64,000 nt of DNA from Candidatus Aenigmatarchaeota archaeon (GTDB taxonomy: Archaea > Aenigmatarchaeota > Aenigmatarchaeia > CG10238-14 > SpSt-28), in the NCBI GenBank assembly GCA_038733315.1, contig JAVYPJ010000001.1, positions 295,863 through 359,862 of the forward strand, given 5' to 3'. Numbering within the stretch: position 1 is the first letter of the stretch; each line of letters begins with the position of its first letter. The position numbers and the translations under genes are program-made. Positions 9,959-19,208 of this stretch are shown piece after piece. Below the pieces are notes generated by a model. The model was not told the DNA's origin and ran no database searches. It worked only from the letters and a program-made list of their open reading frames with translations.

Positions 9959-12900
9959 ATGGTGCGTCTAAGGTGCATCTTTTTTTTATTTATAGTTTTT
10001 ACATGTTTCTTGTTTTCTTCATATTCTGCATGTACTAAAAGTTATTATTCTGAAGCTTTTACAGATAGTGGGTGTAATAATAAAATAACAGATAGTTTAT
10101 GGATTATGGGTTGGGGCTGGGGAGATAGTTGTTTTATTGGTATCAAGTCGGACTATAACTATATATACACAAAAAGTCTGCTAGGGTGTGGAAAAATAGA
10201 GGCAAATTTTTACAGGAATGTAAGTACATATAAGAAAAATGATAGAGGAAAAACGTGTGTGGTCGCACACGGTAGTTATTTTTCTTGTGATACCAAATCT
10301 GGAAATTACGACGATATTAGAAACATGTGTATGCTTTGTAATGGAAATAAAGCTATGAAAGTTTATGGGTGTTCCGGTAATAGTATTAAAGAAATTGATT
10401 ATTCTCCTAGCGGTTTATGTAGTGTGGCCTGTGGTGCTAACGAGTTTTGTGACGGATTACATAATCAATTTGAGCCGTACCGGCTTAGTTCAAACAACAA
10501 AGTCTATTGCAATTCTACTTCTTGTAACCCAATAGAATGTAATAAAAATAATGTTTGTATGAGAGTTCCCTATGGGGTATACGATTTAGTTTGTGTCTAT
10601 TATGATAACGATTTTATCTGGTTAAATTCTTTTTCGGTTGATGTTCTAAAAGAAAATCTTTGTTCAGATGGTATAGATAACGATTGCGACGGAAAAAAAG
10701 ATGCTGAAGATGAGGATTGTTGGTGTAATGTTGAGAAAATAGAATTAATAGTTTCTGGCGGTAATGATTATGAAAACATAGATGGTGGTATTCTCATTAG
10801 TGGTTGTCAGGGAAAAATTGAATTTACTGCATTAATTAAGACTGATAAAGAATGTCAAAAAGACAGGGATTTTAAAGTAGATATAAAAGACTCGAATAAC
10901 AATGTTGTTACATCATTTACTGTAAAAGTCCAAAACAGACAATCAACAGGTTATGGCTCCGGAACTATAGCATTTAGTAAAAATGATATACAAAAATTAT
11001 CTAAGACGTATTTCGCAGTAGCTGAAAATAATAAAGAATCTAACAGAGTAAATTTAAATTTTTGTTGTGTGGAAATAAATTCATTTGATTTAAATCCTCA
11101 ATCGGTAAATAAATGTAATGAAGATATACGACTAAAAGCTAATATAAACTATAATTCAATCGGAAAATGTAGTACAAAATCAATAAACATAATAGATCAG
11201 AATGGAAAAGATTTCTGTAAAATTGGCTTATTAGATAATAAGAACAGTTATTCAGCTTCATGTGAAGACTCATATAGAACACCTCAAACTTCAACAACTT
11301 TAAAATTTTTTGCACAACCTGAGACTAGAATAGGTGAAGCGAAGGAAGCTTCTTTAAATGTTAATTGTGGGCAAGAAGATTGTAAGGTTCTTAATTTTAA
11401 ATTCATATCTTTCAATCCATCTTCCGCTACAAAAGACCAATGTGGAAAGCAGATTCAATTAGAGGCTAAAGTAGATTATTCTACTTCTGGAAATTGCGCT
11501 AATAAATATGTTGAAATTAGGGACGAAAATAATGTAAAGCTATGTGAAATTTCTGTTGGTACAAATCAGAAATCTTGTACAGGAAAATATAACATTCCTT
11601 CTACTACTAAAAAAATTAAGTTTTCTGCGGTATTTAGCGGTCAAGGTAATTTAGATAGTAGTTATTTTGATGTTAATTGTGAGCAGCAATGCCAAATTAC
11701 TAATTTAAATCTTAACGTTACTCAACTCTCAAAAGTAAATTGCAGAGAAGATGCTAAATTTGAAATAAACGTAACTGGAAGTCAACAGAATTGCAATAAT
11801 CTTCAAGCATTAGTTTTTATTGATAATCAAAAGGTTGGAAGTATAAGTTGTAATATAAAACAAAATAATCTGTTCGAATGTAAGGGAAATATTCAACATA
11901 ATATTCAGTCATCTGGAACGAAAGAATTTAAAGTAGACGTTAATGGAAAAATCACAACTAAAAACGTTAATTTAAATTGCTTAGAGTGTAGTGTAAAGTC
12001 AATAACTATTGGCGATGTTTATCAAAAAACAAAGAAGAATTGTAATAAAGTATCAGAATTTAATGTTAGTATATCAAATATTCAATTAGAGAACTGTAAT
12101 AGTGCTGAATTAACGTTTGAGGTTTGGAGTGCTACAGACAAAAAAATTTCTAAGAAAAAAATATGTGATAAAAATAATTTATCAGATTGTTATATTGATT
12201 TTTCACTAATGATTGAAAAAAATTCAGAAAGTTTTAAAATTATAGTAAAATATAAAGACAAGAATATAGGCGAGAAAAGTTTTAATGCATTATGCTTTGA
12301 TTGTAAGATTAAATCTGTAAAAATTTCAACTAATCAAAATGAGATAAATTCGTGTCCATTCAATCTAAGATTTAACATTTCGATGGAAACTGAAAATTGT
12401 AGAGACGACACTGATATATTTGCTAGGATTGAGAAAGATGAAAAAGAAGTTTTGAGCAATTTATTAATAAAACTAAAAACTAAGAATAATAAAGCAGAAG
12501 TTTATAATATACCTTTATTAATCGAGGATTCATCATATAGCGGAAAGTATTATGTAAAGGTAGATAATTTTAATTTAAAGTCTAATGAAATAGACATAAA
12601 AGTTAATTGCGATAATACAAAATGTAAAGAATTTGGAGTAATAGCTTTAAATAATTATAGTATGTACATTTTATTTACTGGAGAGAACTGTGCGAAGTTT
12701 TCCAATGCAGTTAAGGGGGTTGAGTTTAATTATGAAAATGTTAAAGAAAAATGTAGTGCGTCATCGAAAAAATGTAAATATTACTGGAATAAAATTATAG
12801 GTAGAGAAAATAGCTATGCGCTTTTTATAGATATAAGTGGCTTCTCTAATCAAAAAAATCATTTTTGTGATTTTAAAGGTGCAAATATTACTGTTACTTT

Positions 12901-13774
12901 TGAGGATGGATATAGTGAAATAGTAGATTTTGATGATATATGTAAAGAGTATGAAAAGATTACAGAATCTCTTTTACAAACTCAAAAAATAGTAGATAAA
13001 CTTAAACTTCCTGGAGACGAATCTGTTTACGTTGAGTTAATATTTCCAAACGGAAAGAGAGTCCGCTTAATTCCAGATTCTGATAATTCTGATAATATTG
13101 TTAAGTTAGATGACCAGGAATTCGTTGGAAAAGAGGCAATTTTAAGAATCTGTAAAGACAAAGAAACAAATATACTCTGTAGCCAAGAAACTATAGTAGT
13201 TGGAAGCGTTTCTGAGAAAATAACTATAAATAAGGGGCTTAATTTATGCTATATACCTTTTAGTGCTGTAAGGTTTATTGCTCCATATGGAACATATATT
13301 TATTATTATTTTGAAGATGGTTGGATAGCTTACGTGACGCATAAAGGGGAGATTATCAAAACCAAAAATAGGGAAAAGCTGGATTATGGAACTTTGTTTG
13401 ATAGAATCCCGGTTCATTACGCTACTTGGATTTATTCTAAAAACGAAATAACATTACCGATAATAGATTTAAGAGACAGAATTATATCAATTGAAGCAAA
13501 TAAATGGCATATAATGGTTATTCCGAACCTTACGAATATAGATGTTTCTGGGGATTTCGATTTTGTGAAAATATATTGGTATGAGAATAATGTGTGGATG
13601 TTGCTTGAGTTACCATCCAAGAAAGTTTATAAGTATAATTATGGTTATAAGAGCTGGCGTTTAATCGAGGATTCTAATGAGGCTGAGAGGATTATAGAAA
13701 GGGGCAATCCATGTAAGGCTTATTTTGTATACGCCAAATCTAACAAAAATATAAATATAAATATAAGATTGTAA
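9959..13774 (+). CDS. Large secreted Cys-rich repeat protein (putative adhesin)
   Basis: Signal peptide; ENLCSDGIDNDCDGKKDAEDEDC metal-binding-like motif; six ~105-aa Cys-bounded beta-rich repeats. Confidence 0.7.
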   Translation: MVRLRCIFFLFIVFTCFLFSSYSACTKSYYSEAFTDSGCNNKITDSLWIMGWGWGDSCFIGIKSDYNYIYTKSLLGCGKIEANFYRNVSTYKKNDRGKTCVVAHGSYFSCDTKSGNYDDIRNMCMLCNGNKAMKVYGCSGNSIKEIDYSPSGLCSVACGANEFCDGLHNQFEPYRLSSNNKVYCNSTSCNPIECNKNNVCMRVPYGVYDLVCVYYDNDFIWLNSFSVDVLKENLCSDGIDNDCDGKKDAEDEDCWCNVEKIELIVSGGNDYENIDGGILISGCQGKIEFTALIKTDKECQKDRDFKVDIKDSNNNVVTSFTVKVQNRQSTGYGSGTIAFSKNDIQKLSKTYFAVAENNKESNRVNLNFCCVEINSFDLNPQSVNKCNEDIRLKANINYNSIGKCSTKSINIIDQNGKDFCKIGLLDNKNSYSASCEDSYRTPQTSTTLKFFAQPETRIGEAKEASLNVNCGQEDCKVLNFKFISFNPSSATKDQCGKQIQLEAKVDYSTSGNCANKYVEIRDENNVKLCEISVGTNQKSCTGKYNIPSTTKKIKFSAVFSGQGNLDSSYFDVNCEQQCQITNLNLNVTQLSKVNCREDAKFEINVTGSQQNCNNLQALVFIDNQKVGSISCNIKQNNLFECKGNIQHNIQSSGTKEFKVDVNGKITTKNVNLNCLECSVKSITIGDVYQKTKKNCNKVSEFNVSISNIQLENCNSAELTFEVWSATDKKISKKKICDKNNLSDCYIDFSLMIEKNSESFKIIVKYKDKNIGEKSFNALCFDCKIKSVKISTNQNEINSCPFNLRFNISMETENCRDDTDIFARIEKDEKEVLSNLLIKLKTKNNKAEVYNIPLLIEDSSYSGKYYVKVDNFNLKSNEIDIKVNCDNTKCKEFGVIALNNYSMYILFTGENCAKFSNAVKGVEFNYENVKEKCSASSKKCKYYWNKIIGRENSYALFIDISGFSNQKNHFCDFKGANITVTFEDGYSEIVDFDDICKEYEKITESLLQTQKIVDKLKLPGDESVYVELIFPNGKRVRLIPDSDNSDNIVKLDDQEFVGKEAILRICKDKETNILCSQETIVVGSVSEKITINKGLNLCYIPFSAVRFIAPYGTYIYYYFEDGWIAYVTHKGEIIKTKNREKLDYGTLFDRIPVHYATWIYSKNEITLPIIDLRDRIISIEANKWHIMVIPNLTNIDVSGDFDFVKIYWYENNVWMLLELPSKKVYKYNYGYKSWRLIEDSNEAERIIERGNPCKAYFVYAKSNKNININIRL
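10724..12610 (+). repeat. Six diverged ~105-aa protein repeats within 9959..13774
   Basis: Units start CNVEKIEL, CVEINSFDL, CKVLNFKF, CQITNLNL, CSVKSITI, CKIKSVKI and end NLNFC/NVNC/DVNC/NLNC/NALC/KVNC. Confidence 0.65.
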
Positions 13775-13788
13775 TATAACATAATGTT

Positions 13789-14478
13789 ATGGTAAAGTTG
13801 TTTACTGCGATAGAAATAGTTTTTATGATTTTTATTTTGATTGTTGTAGTTTTGGTTGTCATTCAAATGGTTACCAAATATGTGAGTCCTCAGAAAATTA
13901 ACCCGTATATAGAAAATATTCAGGAGCTTGCAAAAAAAGATTATATAAGACAGTTTTGTGATAATCTTTGTTCCGCAGTTAAAGCAGCTACTAATGAGGG
14001 AGATAGGTTGCAATCTATGGCTAACTGGTGTTCAATAAAAATAACAGATAGAGGAAAGGACTACATAGATATCGTAGAAGATGGGATTCCTAGTTTTTAT
14101 GTAATTGCGGGGTATCCATATTGTGAAGCCGGAACTTACTGTTTTAATTTTTATACATGTGATGCTGGAATAACTATAGACATTAAGGAATGTAGAAGAA
14201 TTCTCTGTGAATATTATTATAAAAAAGAGGGTGACACCTTAAGCGCAACAAATGCAGTAAAAAAAGTAATAGATTGGGGTAAGTGTTCGGTGAGATCGGA
14301 GTTGTTAGGTGGTAAAACATTGTTAAAAACCTCGGCAGATTGGTGGTATAAAAAATATTTTGATATTAGGGGGGATTTTTGCAGTACTTTAATTAGTGGG
14401 GGAGAAATTGTAGAGGGTGGTGAATCCGAAGAAGATAATTTTCCACCAGAATTCGGGGAATTGCTCCCACCAGTTTAG
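13789..14478 (+). CDS. Pilin-like protein
   Basis: MVKLFTAIEIVFMIFILIVVVLVVI closely mimics the type IV pilin K-G-F-T-x-I-E motif but with Leu at -1; Cys-rich body. Confidence 0.7.
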   Translation: MVKLFTAIEIVFMIFILIVVVLVVIQMVTKYVSPQKINPYIENIQELAKKDYIRQFCDNLCSAVKAATNEGDRLQSMANWCSIKITDRGKDYIDIVEDGIPSFYVIAGYPYCEAGTYCFNFYTCDAGITIDIKECRRILCEYYYKKEGDTLSATNAVKKVIDWGKCSVRSELLGGKTLLKTSADWWYKKYFDIRGDFCSTLISGGEIVEGGESEEDNFPPEFGELLPPV

Positions 14479-14527
14479 ATATTCATAAGCGGCATAATAT
14501 TTTAGAAGAAATAATCGATTTTTGTAC

Positions 14528-14983
14528 CTATCTTTTACTTCTCTGCTTATGTCTTCTAGATCCTCTAGAGCTTGCACCCTTTCCGCTAGAATGGTGTGGT
14601 TCATTCATTCTATAATCCCTTTTTAATAACCATGGGTCAAAAGAATAAAAAATTTCCTCTAATTTTTTACCTCTACATAGTTTTAGTAAACCTTTTGCTA
14701 ATGCTTGTCTAATCGCTTCTGCTTGACTTACTAAACCGCTGCCTTTAACATTAACATTAATTTTATATTTTGGTAAGATGTCTTTTACGTATTCATTACA
14801 TAAATATATAACTTCTCTTATTCTCCATCTTAAATTTTCAGTACCCCAAAAGTTTAATGGCACAGAATTTATTTTTATTTCTATGTTATTATTCTCTTTT
14901 TCTCTTAGTTTAAACGTTACTCTAGCAACTGCAGTTTTTCTTTTACCTACGGTATGAATTATTTTTGGTGTTTTAGCTACCAT
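14528..14983 (-). CDS. rps9: 30S ribosomal protein S9
   Basis: GKRKTAVAR, VKGSGLVSQAEAIRQALAKGL. Confidence 0.97.
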   Translation of the reverse strand: MVAKTPKIIHTVGKRKTAVARVTFKLREKENNNIEIKINSVPLNFWGTENLRWRIREVIYLCNEYVKDILPKYKINVNVKGSGLVSQAEAIRQALAKGLLKLCRGKKLEEIFYSFDPWLLKRDYRMNEPHHSSGKGASSRGSRRHKQRSKR

Positions 14984-15408
14984 CTTTTTTTAGCCCCTAT
15001 AGATAGGGATATATCCTCTAAGCTAATATAACCAGTTTTCATTAAATCATTTACATCTTTTATTTTAATATTTGTTATCTTGTCTTTATATTCTTCTGGT
15101 AATCCATAAAAAACTTTTAAATTTTTTAGCGCAGTTTTGCCCCTCTCTTTTTTATATGGTAGCATACCTCTAACTATTCTTCTAAAGATTTCATCTGGAT
15201 GTTTTGGATAAAACGGCCCTTTATAAGCGTCGCCTCTTTTAACCTTTTCCATAAATTTTTCTATTATTACTTCTCTCTTTCCACTAACAACCGCTTTTTC
15301 AATGTTAACAACAATAATTTTGTTTCCCTTTAATAACTCCTTAGCTACAAAGCTTGCTAATCTTCCAACAATTTTATTTTTTGCATCTATTATAATTTCT
15401 TTATTCAT
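14977..15408 (-). CDS. rpl13: 50S ribosomal protein L13
   Basis: IIDAKNKIVGRLASFVAK, RRIVRGMLPYK. Confidence 0.97.
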   Translation of the reverse strand: MNKEIIIDAKNKIVGRLASFVAKELLKGNKIIVVNIEKAVVSGKREVIIEKFMEKVKRGDAYKGPFYPKHPDEIFRRIVRGMLPYKKERGKTALKNLKVFYGLPEEYKDKITNIKIKDVNDLMKTGYISLEDISLSIGAKKRW

Positions 15409-15770
15409 ATTATAATCCTTATATTACTTCCCTTAGGATTTTTTTCTATTAACTCTTCTATGCTCATATATTCTATATTTTTCTTTTTTAGTTTTAATTC
15501 AGAAAGCTTAGAAAATTTCCAGGCAGCGATTATTATTTTTTTGTTTATTTCCCCCATACTTAAAACTTTTCCTGGAACTAAAATAGTTTCGCCATCTTTT
15601 GAATATTTATTTATTTTATAAAGATTTACTTCAATTCTTTTTCTTCTTGGTTTGCTTAGCAATTCAGCTACATATTTCCAAATTTTTGCGTTATTTTTTT
15701 TGCTAGCTTTTTCTAATTGCATTATTAATTTTTTTAAATGCGGATTTGTTGGCCCAGTTGGCTTTGCCAT
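15405..15770 (-). CDS. rpl18e: 50S ribosomal protein L18e
   Basis: TNPHLKKLI, PRRKRIEVNL, VPGKVLSMG, NPKGSNIRII. Confidence 0.97.
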   Translation of the reverse strand: MAKPTGPTNPHLKKLIMQLEKASKKNNAKIWKYVAELLSKPRRKRIEVNLYKINKYSKDGETILVPGKVLSMGEINKKIIIAAWKFSKLSELKLKKKNIEYMSIEELIEKNPKGSNIRIII

Positions 15771-15845
15771 AAATTATTTTTATTAAAAAATTTATGGTTT
15801 TAACTTTTCTTAAAAAATAAATATATTTCATCGGTAATACTTATA

Positions 15846-16820
15846 ATGGAAGAGCAAAAAAATGTAAGAACTATAAAATTAAATGTTTGGCAGCTAGTTT
15901 CAATTTTTTTGTTAATATCTCTTATAGCATCTATTTATTTTGGGGCTACTGGTAAATTCGTTTTTTTACAAAATAAGGGTTTAGTTAGCAATGAAATAGG
16001 TAATAAGGTAATAGAATATATAAACAAATACTTAGTTCAACCTGGAACCGAGGCGAGTTTAAAAGATGTGAAATTCGATAGTTCCTTAGGCTTATACGAA
16101 GTTATTACAGAATATATGGGTAATGAAATTTCTGTTTTTGTTTCTCCTAACGGAAAGTATTTGATTCTCGCAGATAAAAGAGCTATATTAGATTTAGAAA
16201 AGCCATTAGAAATTTCAAGTTCTATGGAAGAAGAATCTCAAAATGAAGAAATTTCAAAAAGCGATAAGCCAAGGGCGGAACTATTTATATTTAGCTATTG
16301 TCCATATGGAGTACAGGCATTAAAACCTTTTGCAAACGTTGCGAAATTAATGAAAGATTATGCAGAATTTTACGTTAAGTTTTTCAGTCATATGCATGGT
16401 GAATTTGAAAAACAGCAAAATATAATACAGGAATGTATAATTAGAATGTATCCAGAAAAATATTGGGATTATGCAATTAAGTTTGCTGATGAAGTTTTTA
16501 GAAAATGTTATGGTAATTTAACTTGTGATAAAGAAGAGAGTGTAAGGATAATGGAAGAACTAAAAATAGATTATAATAAGGTATTTGAATGTGTTGAAAA
16601 ATATGGCGAAACATATTATAAACAAGATATTGAAGATGCAAGAAAGTATGGATTGAGCGGCTCTCCATCTTTTGTGATTAATGGTGTTTATGTTAGGAAT
16701 GTAGTGAGAAATGAGGAGGGAATTAAAAATGCAGTGTGCCAGGCATTTAATACTAAACCAGAAATTTGTAATCAAGTTTTATCAACTCAAACTCAAAATG
16801 TACCTCAAGGAAGCTGTTAG
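15846..16820 (+). CDS. Membrane-anchored thioredoxin/DsbA-like protein
   Basis: N-terminal TM; FSYCPYG; GLSGSPSFVING cis-Pro loop. Confidence 0.75.
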   Translation: MEEQKNVRTIKLNVWQLVSIFLLISLIASIYFGATGKFVFLQNKGLVSNEIGNKVIEYINKYLVQPGTEASLKDVKFDSSLGLYEVITEYMGNEISVFVSPNGKYLILADKRAILDLEKPLEISSSMEEESQNEEISKSDKPRAELFIFSYCPYGVQALKPFANVAKLMKDYAEFYVKFFSHMHGEFEKQQNIIQECIIRMYPEKYWDYAIKFADEVFRKCYGNLTCDKEESVRIMEELKIDYNKVFECVEKYGETYYKQDIEDARKYGLSGSPSFVINGVYVRNVVRNEEGIKNAVCQAFNTKPEICNQVLSTQTQNVPQGSC

Positions 16821-16881
16821 TTTTTGAAATATTTATATAGACAAAAAAATACTTATATATTTTTTTGATAAATAATTTATA

Positions 16882-18048
16882 ATGGTAAATAAAAGATTTC
16901 AGAAATTTTTGTTTTTATTATTAGCAATAGTTACGTTTTTGTCATTTACTATTTTACCAGTATTTTCTGATACTAATGATAAGAATATTTTTAGTGCGAT
17001 TTATTATTTAGGGATTTTGACCGGCGTGTTTTGTATAATAGGAGGTGTGTTTGGGATTATTAAAAAAGCTGTTAAGTATGGTATTTTAGGTATTATTGTC
17101 GGGATTATAGTAATAGGAATTTTTAGTTATGCGAATGCAGTCTTAATTGGGATAGGCTTTTCGAATTTTTTTGCCTTAGGTTTTTTAGTAGCAATCTCCT
17201 CTGGATGTCTTTATTTTTTGGGATACGTATCTGCAAAAACTCGTAATATTGTAAAATATTCAAAGTATTTTTTTGATGCTAGTGCTATAGTTGCTTTTAT
17301 TGGAATTTTTATAGTAGAGTTGTTGATATTTTCTCAATATGTTAATATAAGTAAACTACCGATAGTGGAATGTAAAGGTGATGTAAGCTTCTTTGAAGTT
17401 CAAAGATTTTTCTTTTGTATCTTTTTGGGAAGCGAACTTAGTGGTGAACAGCCATTTTGGATGTGGATTTCTTTTTTCATCTTCGGTTTTATAATTCCTT
17501 TTGTGTTGATGTTTTCACTTGTTTATGGTCTATTTTTCGGAATGGGATTACATCAACTTTTTGGAAGATATGGTAAAGAAGTTGTTGGTGTTATAGCTTT
17601 TGTGACGGCTTTATTTGGAGCAAGACAGCTAATAGGGGTTTTCCTGATAGATTTACTAGCTTATGGTGTTTGGGGAATTTTTGGAGTTATGATATCTTTT
17701 ATAATAACATCTATGATAAGATTTACGGGCAGAATGTTTCTAAAGGATATAAGGGAGTTAACCGAAAGCGTATATGGAGAGTTTGTAGTATCTCATTTTG
17801 TTGGTTTAAATCAAATAAAACAACAATTGGATAATTTTTCAGCGGCAATAAGGAATCCAGAAGTCCCGACTGAGTTCTTAAAAGCTGCAGCTGGTTCATT
17901 AGATAATATAATTGCGACTTTAAGTGGTTTTACTAAGGAATCAGATCCTAGAATTTCCATATACGCGAACCAACTTTTATTACAAGCCTCTGAATTGAGG
18001 AAAATTGTACAAAAAATACTAGATGAAAGAAGTGGCCAAAAAGTTTAA
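16882..18048 (+). CDS. Multi-pass membrane protein with C-terminal helical domain (paralogue of 18097..19125)
   Basis: About 9 TM segments; shared GLFFGMGL and FLIDLLAYGVWGIFGV motifs. Confidence 0.7.
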   Translation: MVNKRFQKFLFLLLAIVTFLSFTILPVFSDTNDKNIFSAIYYLGILTGVFCIIGGVFGIIKKAVKYGILGIIVGIIVIGIFSYANAVLIGIGFSNFFALGFLVAISSGCLYFLGYVSAKTRNIVKYSKYFFDASAIVAFIGIFIVELLIFSQYVNISKLPIVECKGDVSFFEVQRFFFCIFLGSELSGEQPFWMWISFFIFGFIIPFVLMFSLVYGLFFGMGLHQLFGRYGKEVVGVIAFVTALFGARQLIGVFLIDLLAYGVWGIFGVMISFIITSMIRFTGRMFLKDIRELTESVYGEFVVSHFVGLNQIKQQLDNFSAAIRNPEVPTEFLKAAAGSLDNIIATLSGFTKESDPRISIYANQLLLQASELRKIVQKILDERSGQKV

Positions 18049-18096
18049 TTATTACAATCGTTTTTTTAAAAAATATTAATTTTAAAAAATATTATT

Positions 18097-19125
18097 ATGG
18101 CTAGTAAAGAATCGAGAGTTATGGCGATTTTTTGGTTAATTATGATAATAACAATTCTCATAATATCCATACCATTGATAGCAACAATTTTATCTAAGTT
18201 TAATGGCACAGGTTCAAATACGGAACAGACTTACTGGATATTTCCTTTGGTTATATTTTCAGCTATTCTTATTATTGTTGGTATATTTATAAGAAAGACA
18301 TTCTTAATAAATTTGGGGTTCGGATTATTGTTTGTTTTTATATTACTAATAGAATTGTTTATAATTTTTCCGGCGTTCATAGGAGTTAGAGAAAAAGTAA
18401 TTAGTTATGAAGTTTGTAAAGAAAAACCGCTTTTAAGATTAGGCACAATAAGCTGTATATTAACAGGTTATGAACCTAACAGTGAAAATTTTGTAGATAT
18501 AATATCTTTTTGGGTGTTTATTCTTATTTTACCGTTTGCGGTAATATATTCTATAACTTTTGGTCTATTTTTCGGAATGGGCTTAGATAAGATGTTTGGT
18601 GTTTATGGTAGACCTGTGATTTCAATACTAGCTTTTGCAACAGCTTTGTTCGGAATGAGGCAATTTATAGGACCATTCTTAATAGATTTATTAGCATATG
18701 GTGTTTGGGGAATTTTCGGAGTTTTAATTGCTTGTATAATAACTGGAGCATTAAGATTTATAATGTTAAAAACATTCATAGAGACAGAGGAAATGAAAAA
18801 AAGTATCGCGTCTATGTTTAAACTGGGTGAGATGAAGTTATTAGAAAAGATAAGAGATTTTATGCGTGAGGTTGACATTGCTTTAAGTAGCGAGGACGCT
18901 TATAAAAAACTGAGTCCTCAGGATATAGATAACTATATAAGTCAACTTAATATTTACAAAAATAATTTAGAAGGTATTAAGAAAAATACCGACGACGCAT
19001 CAGAAAAAGCGGAGTGCGAACAGCTTATAAAAGAGATAGAAAAACTCATAGGCAGGGCTAAAGAAGTAAGGAGTGAAATAGAAAAACAAAGAGGAGGGAA
19101 GTTACCACAACCACCTTATTATTAA
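18097..19125 (+). CDS. Multi-pass membrane protein with C-terminal coiled coil (paralogue of 16882..18048)
   Basis: Same motifs as upstream gene; charged heptad-like C-terminus. Confidence 0.7.
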   Translation: MASKESRVMAIFWLIMIITILIISIPLIATILSKFNGTGSNTEQTYWIFPLVIFSAILIIVGIFIRKTFLINLGFGLLFVFILLIELFIIFPAFIGVREKVISYEVCKEKPLLRLGTISCILTGYEPNSENFVDIISFWVFILILPFAVIYSITFGLFFGMGLDKMFGVYGRPVISILAFATALFGMRQFIGPFLIDLLAYGVWGIFGVLIACIITGALRFIMLKTFIETEEMKKSIASMFKLGEMKLLEKIRDFMREVDIALSSEDAYKKLSPQDIDNYISQLNIYKNNLEGIKKNTDDASEKAECEQLIKEIEKLIGRAKEVRSEIEKQRGGKLPQPPYY

Positions 19126-19208
19126 TTTATTCTAGATATATAATTTTGTTTAATTTTGTAGATTAATATTTAAGTCTATATATTTTGTATTACTATATAG
19201 TAATAATC

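Noticed and set aside
1637..14478. Codon reassignment explaining Leu/Val in place of Gly at pilin position -1
   Set aside because: Five different codons are used (TTG, CTA, CTT, TTA, GTC) and conserved housekeeping proteins translate normally
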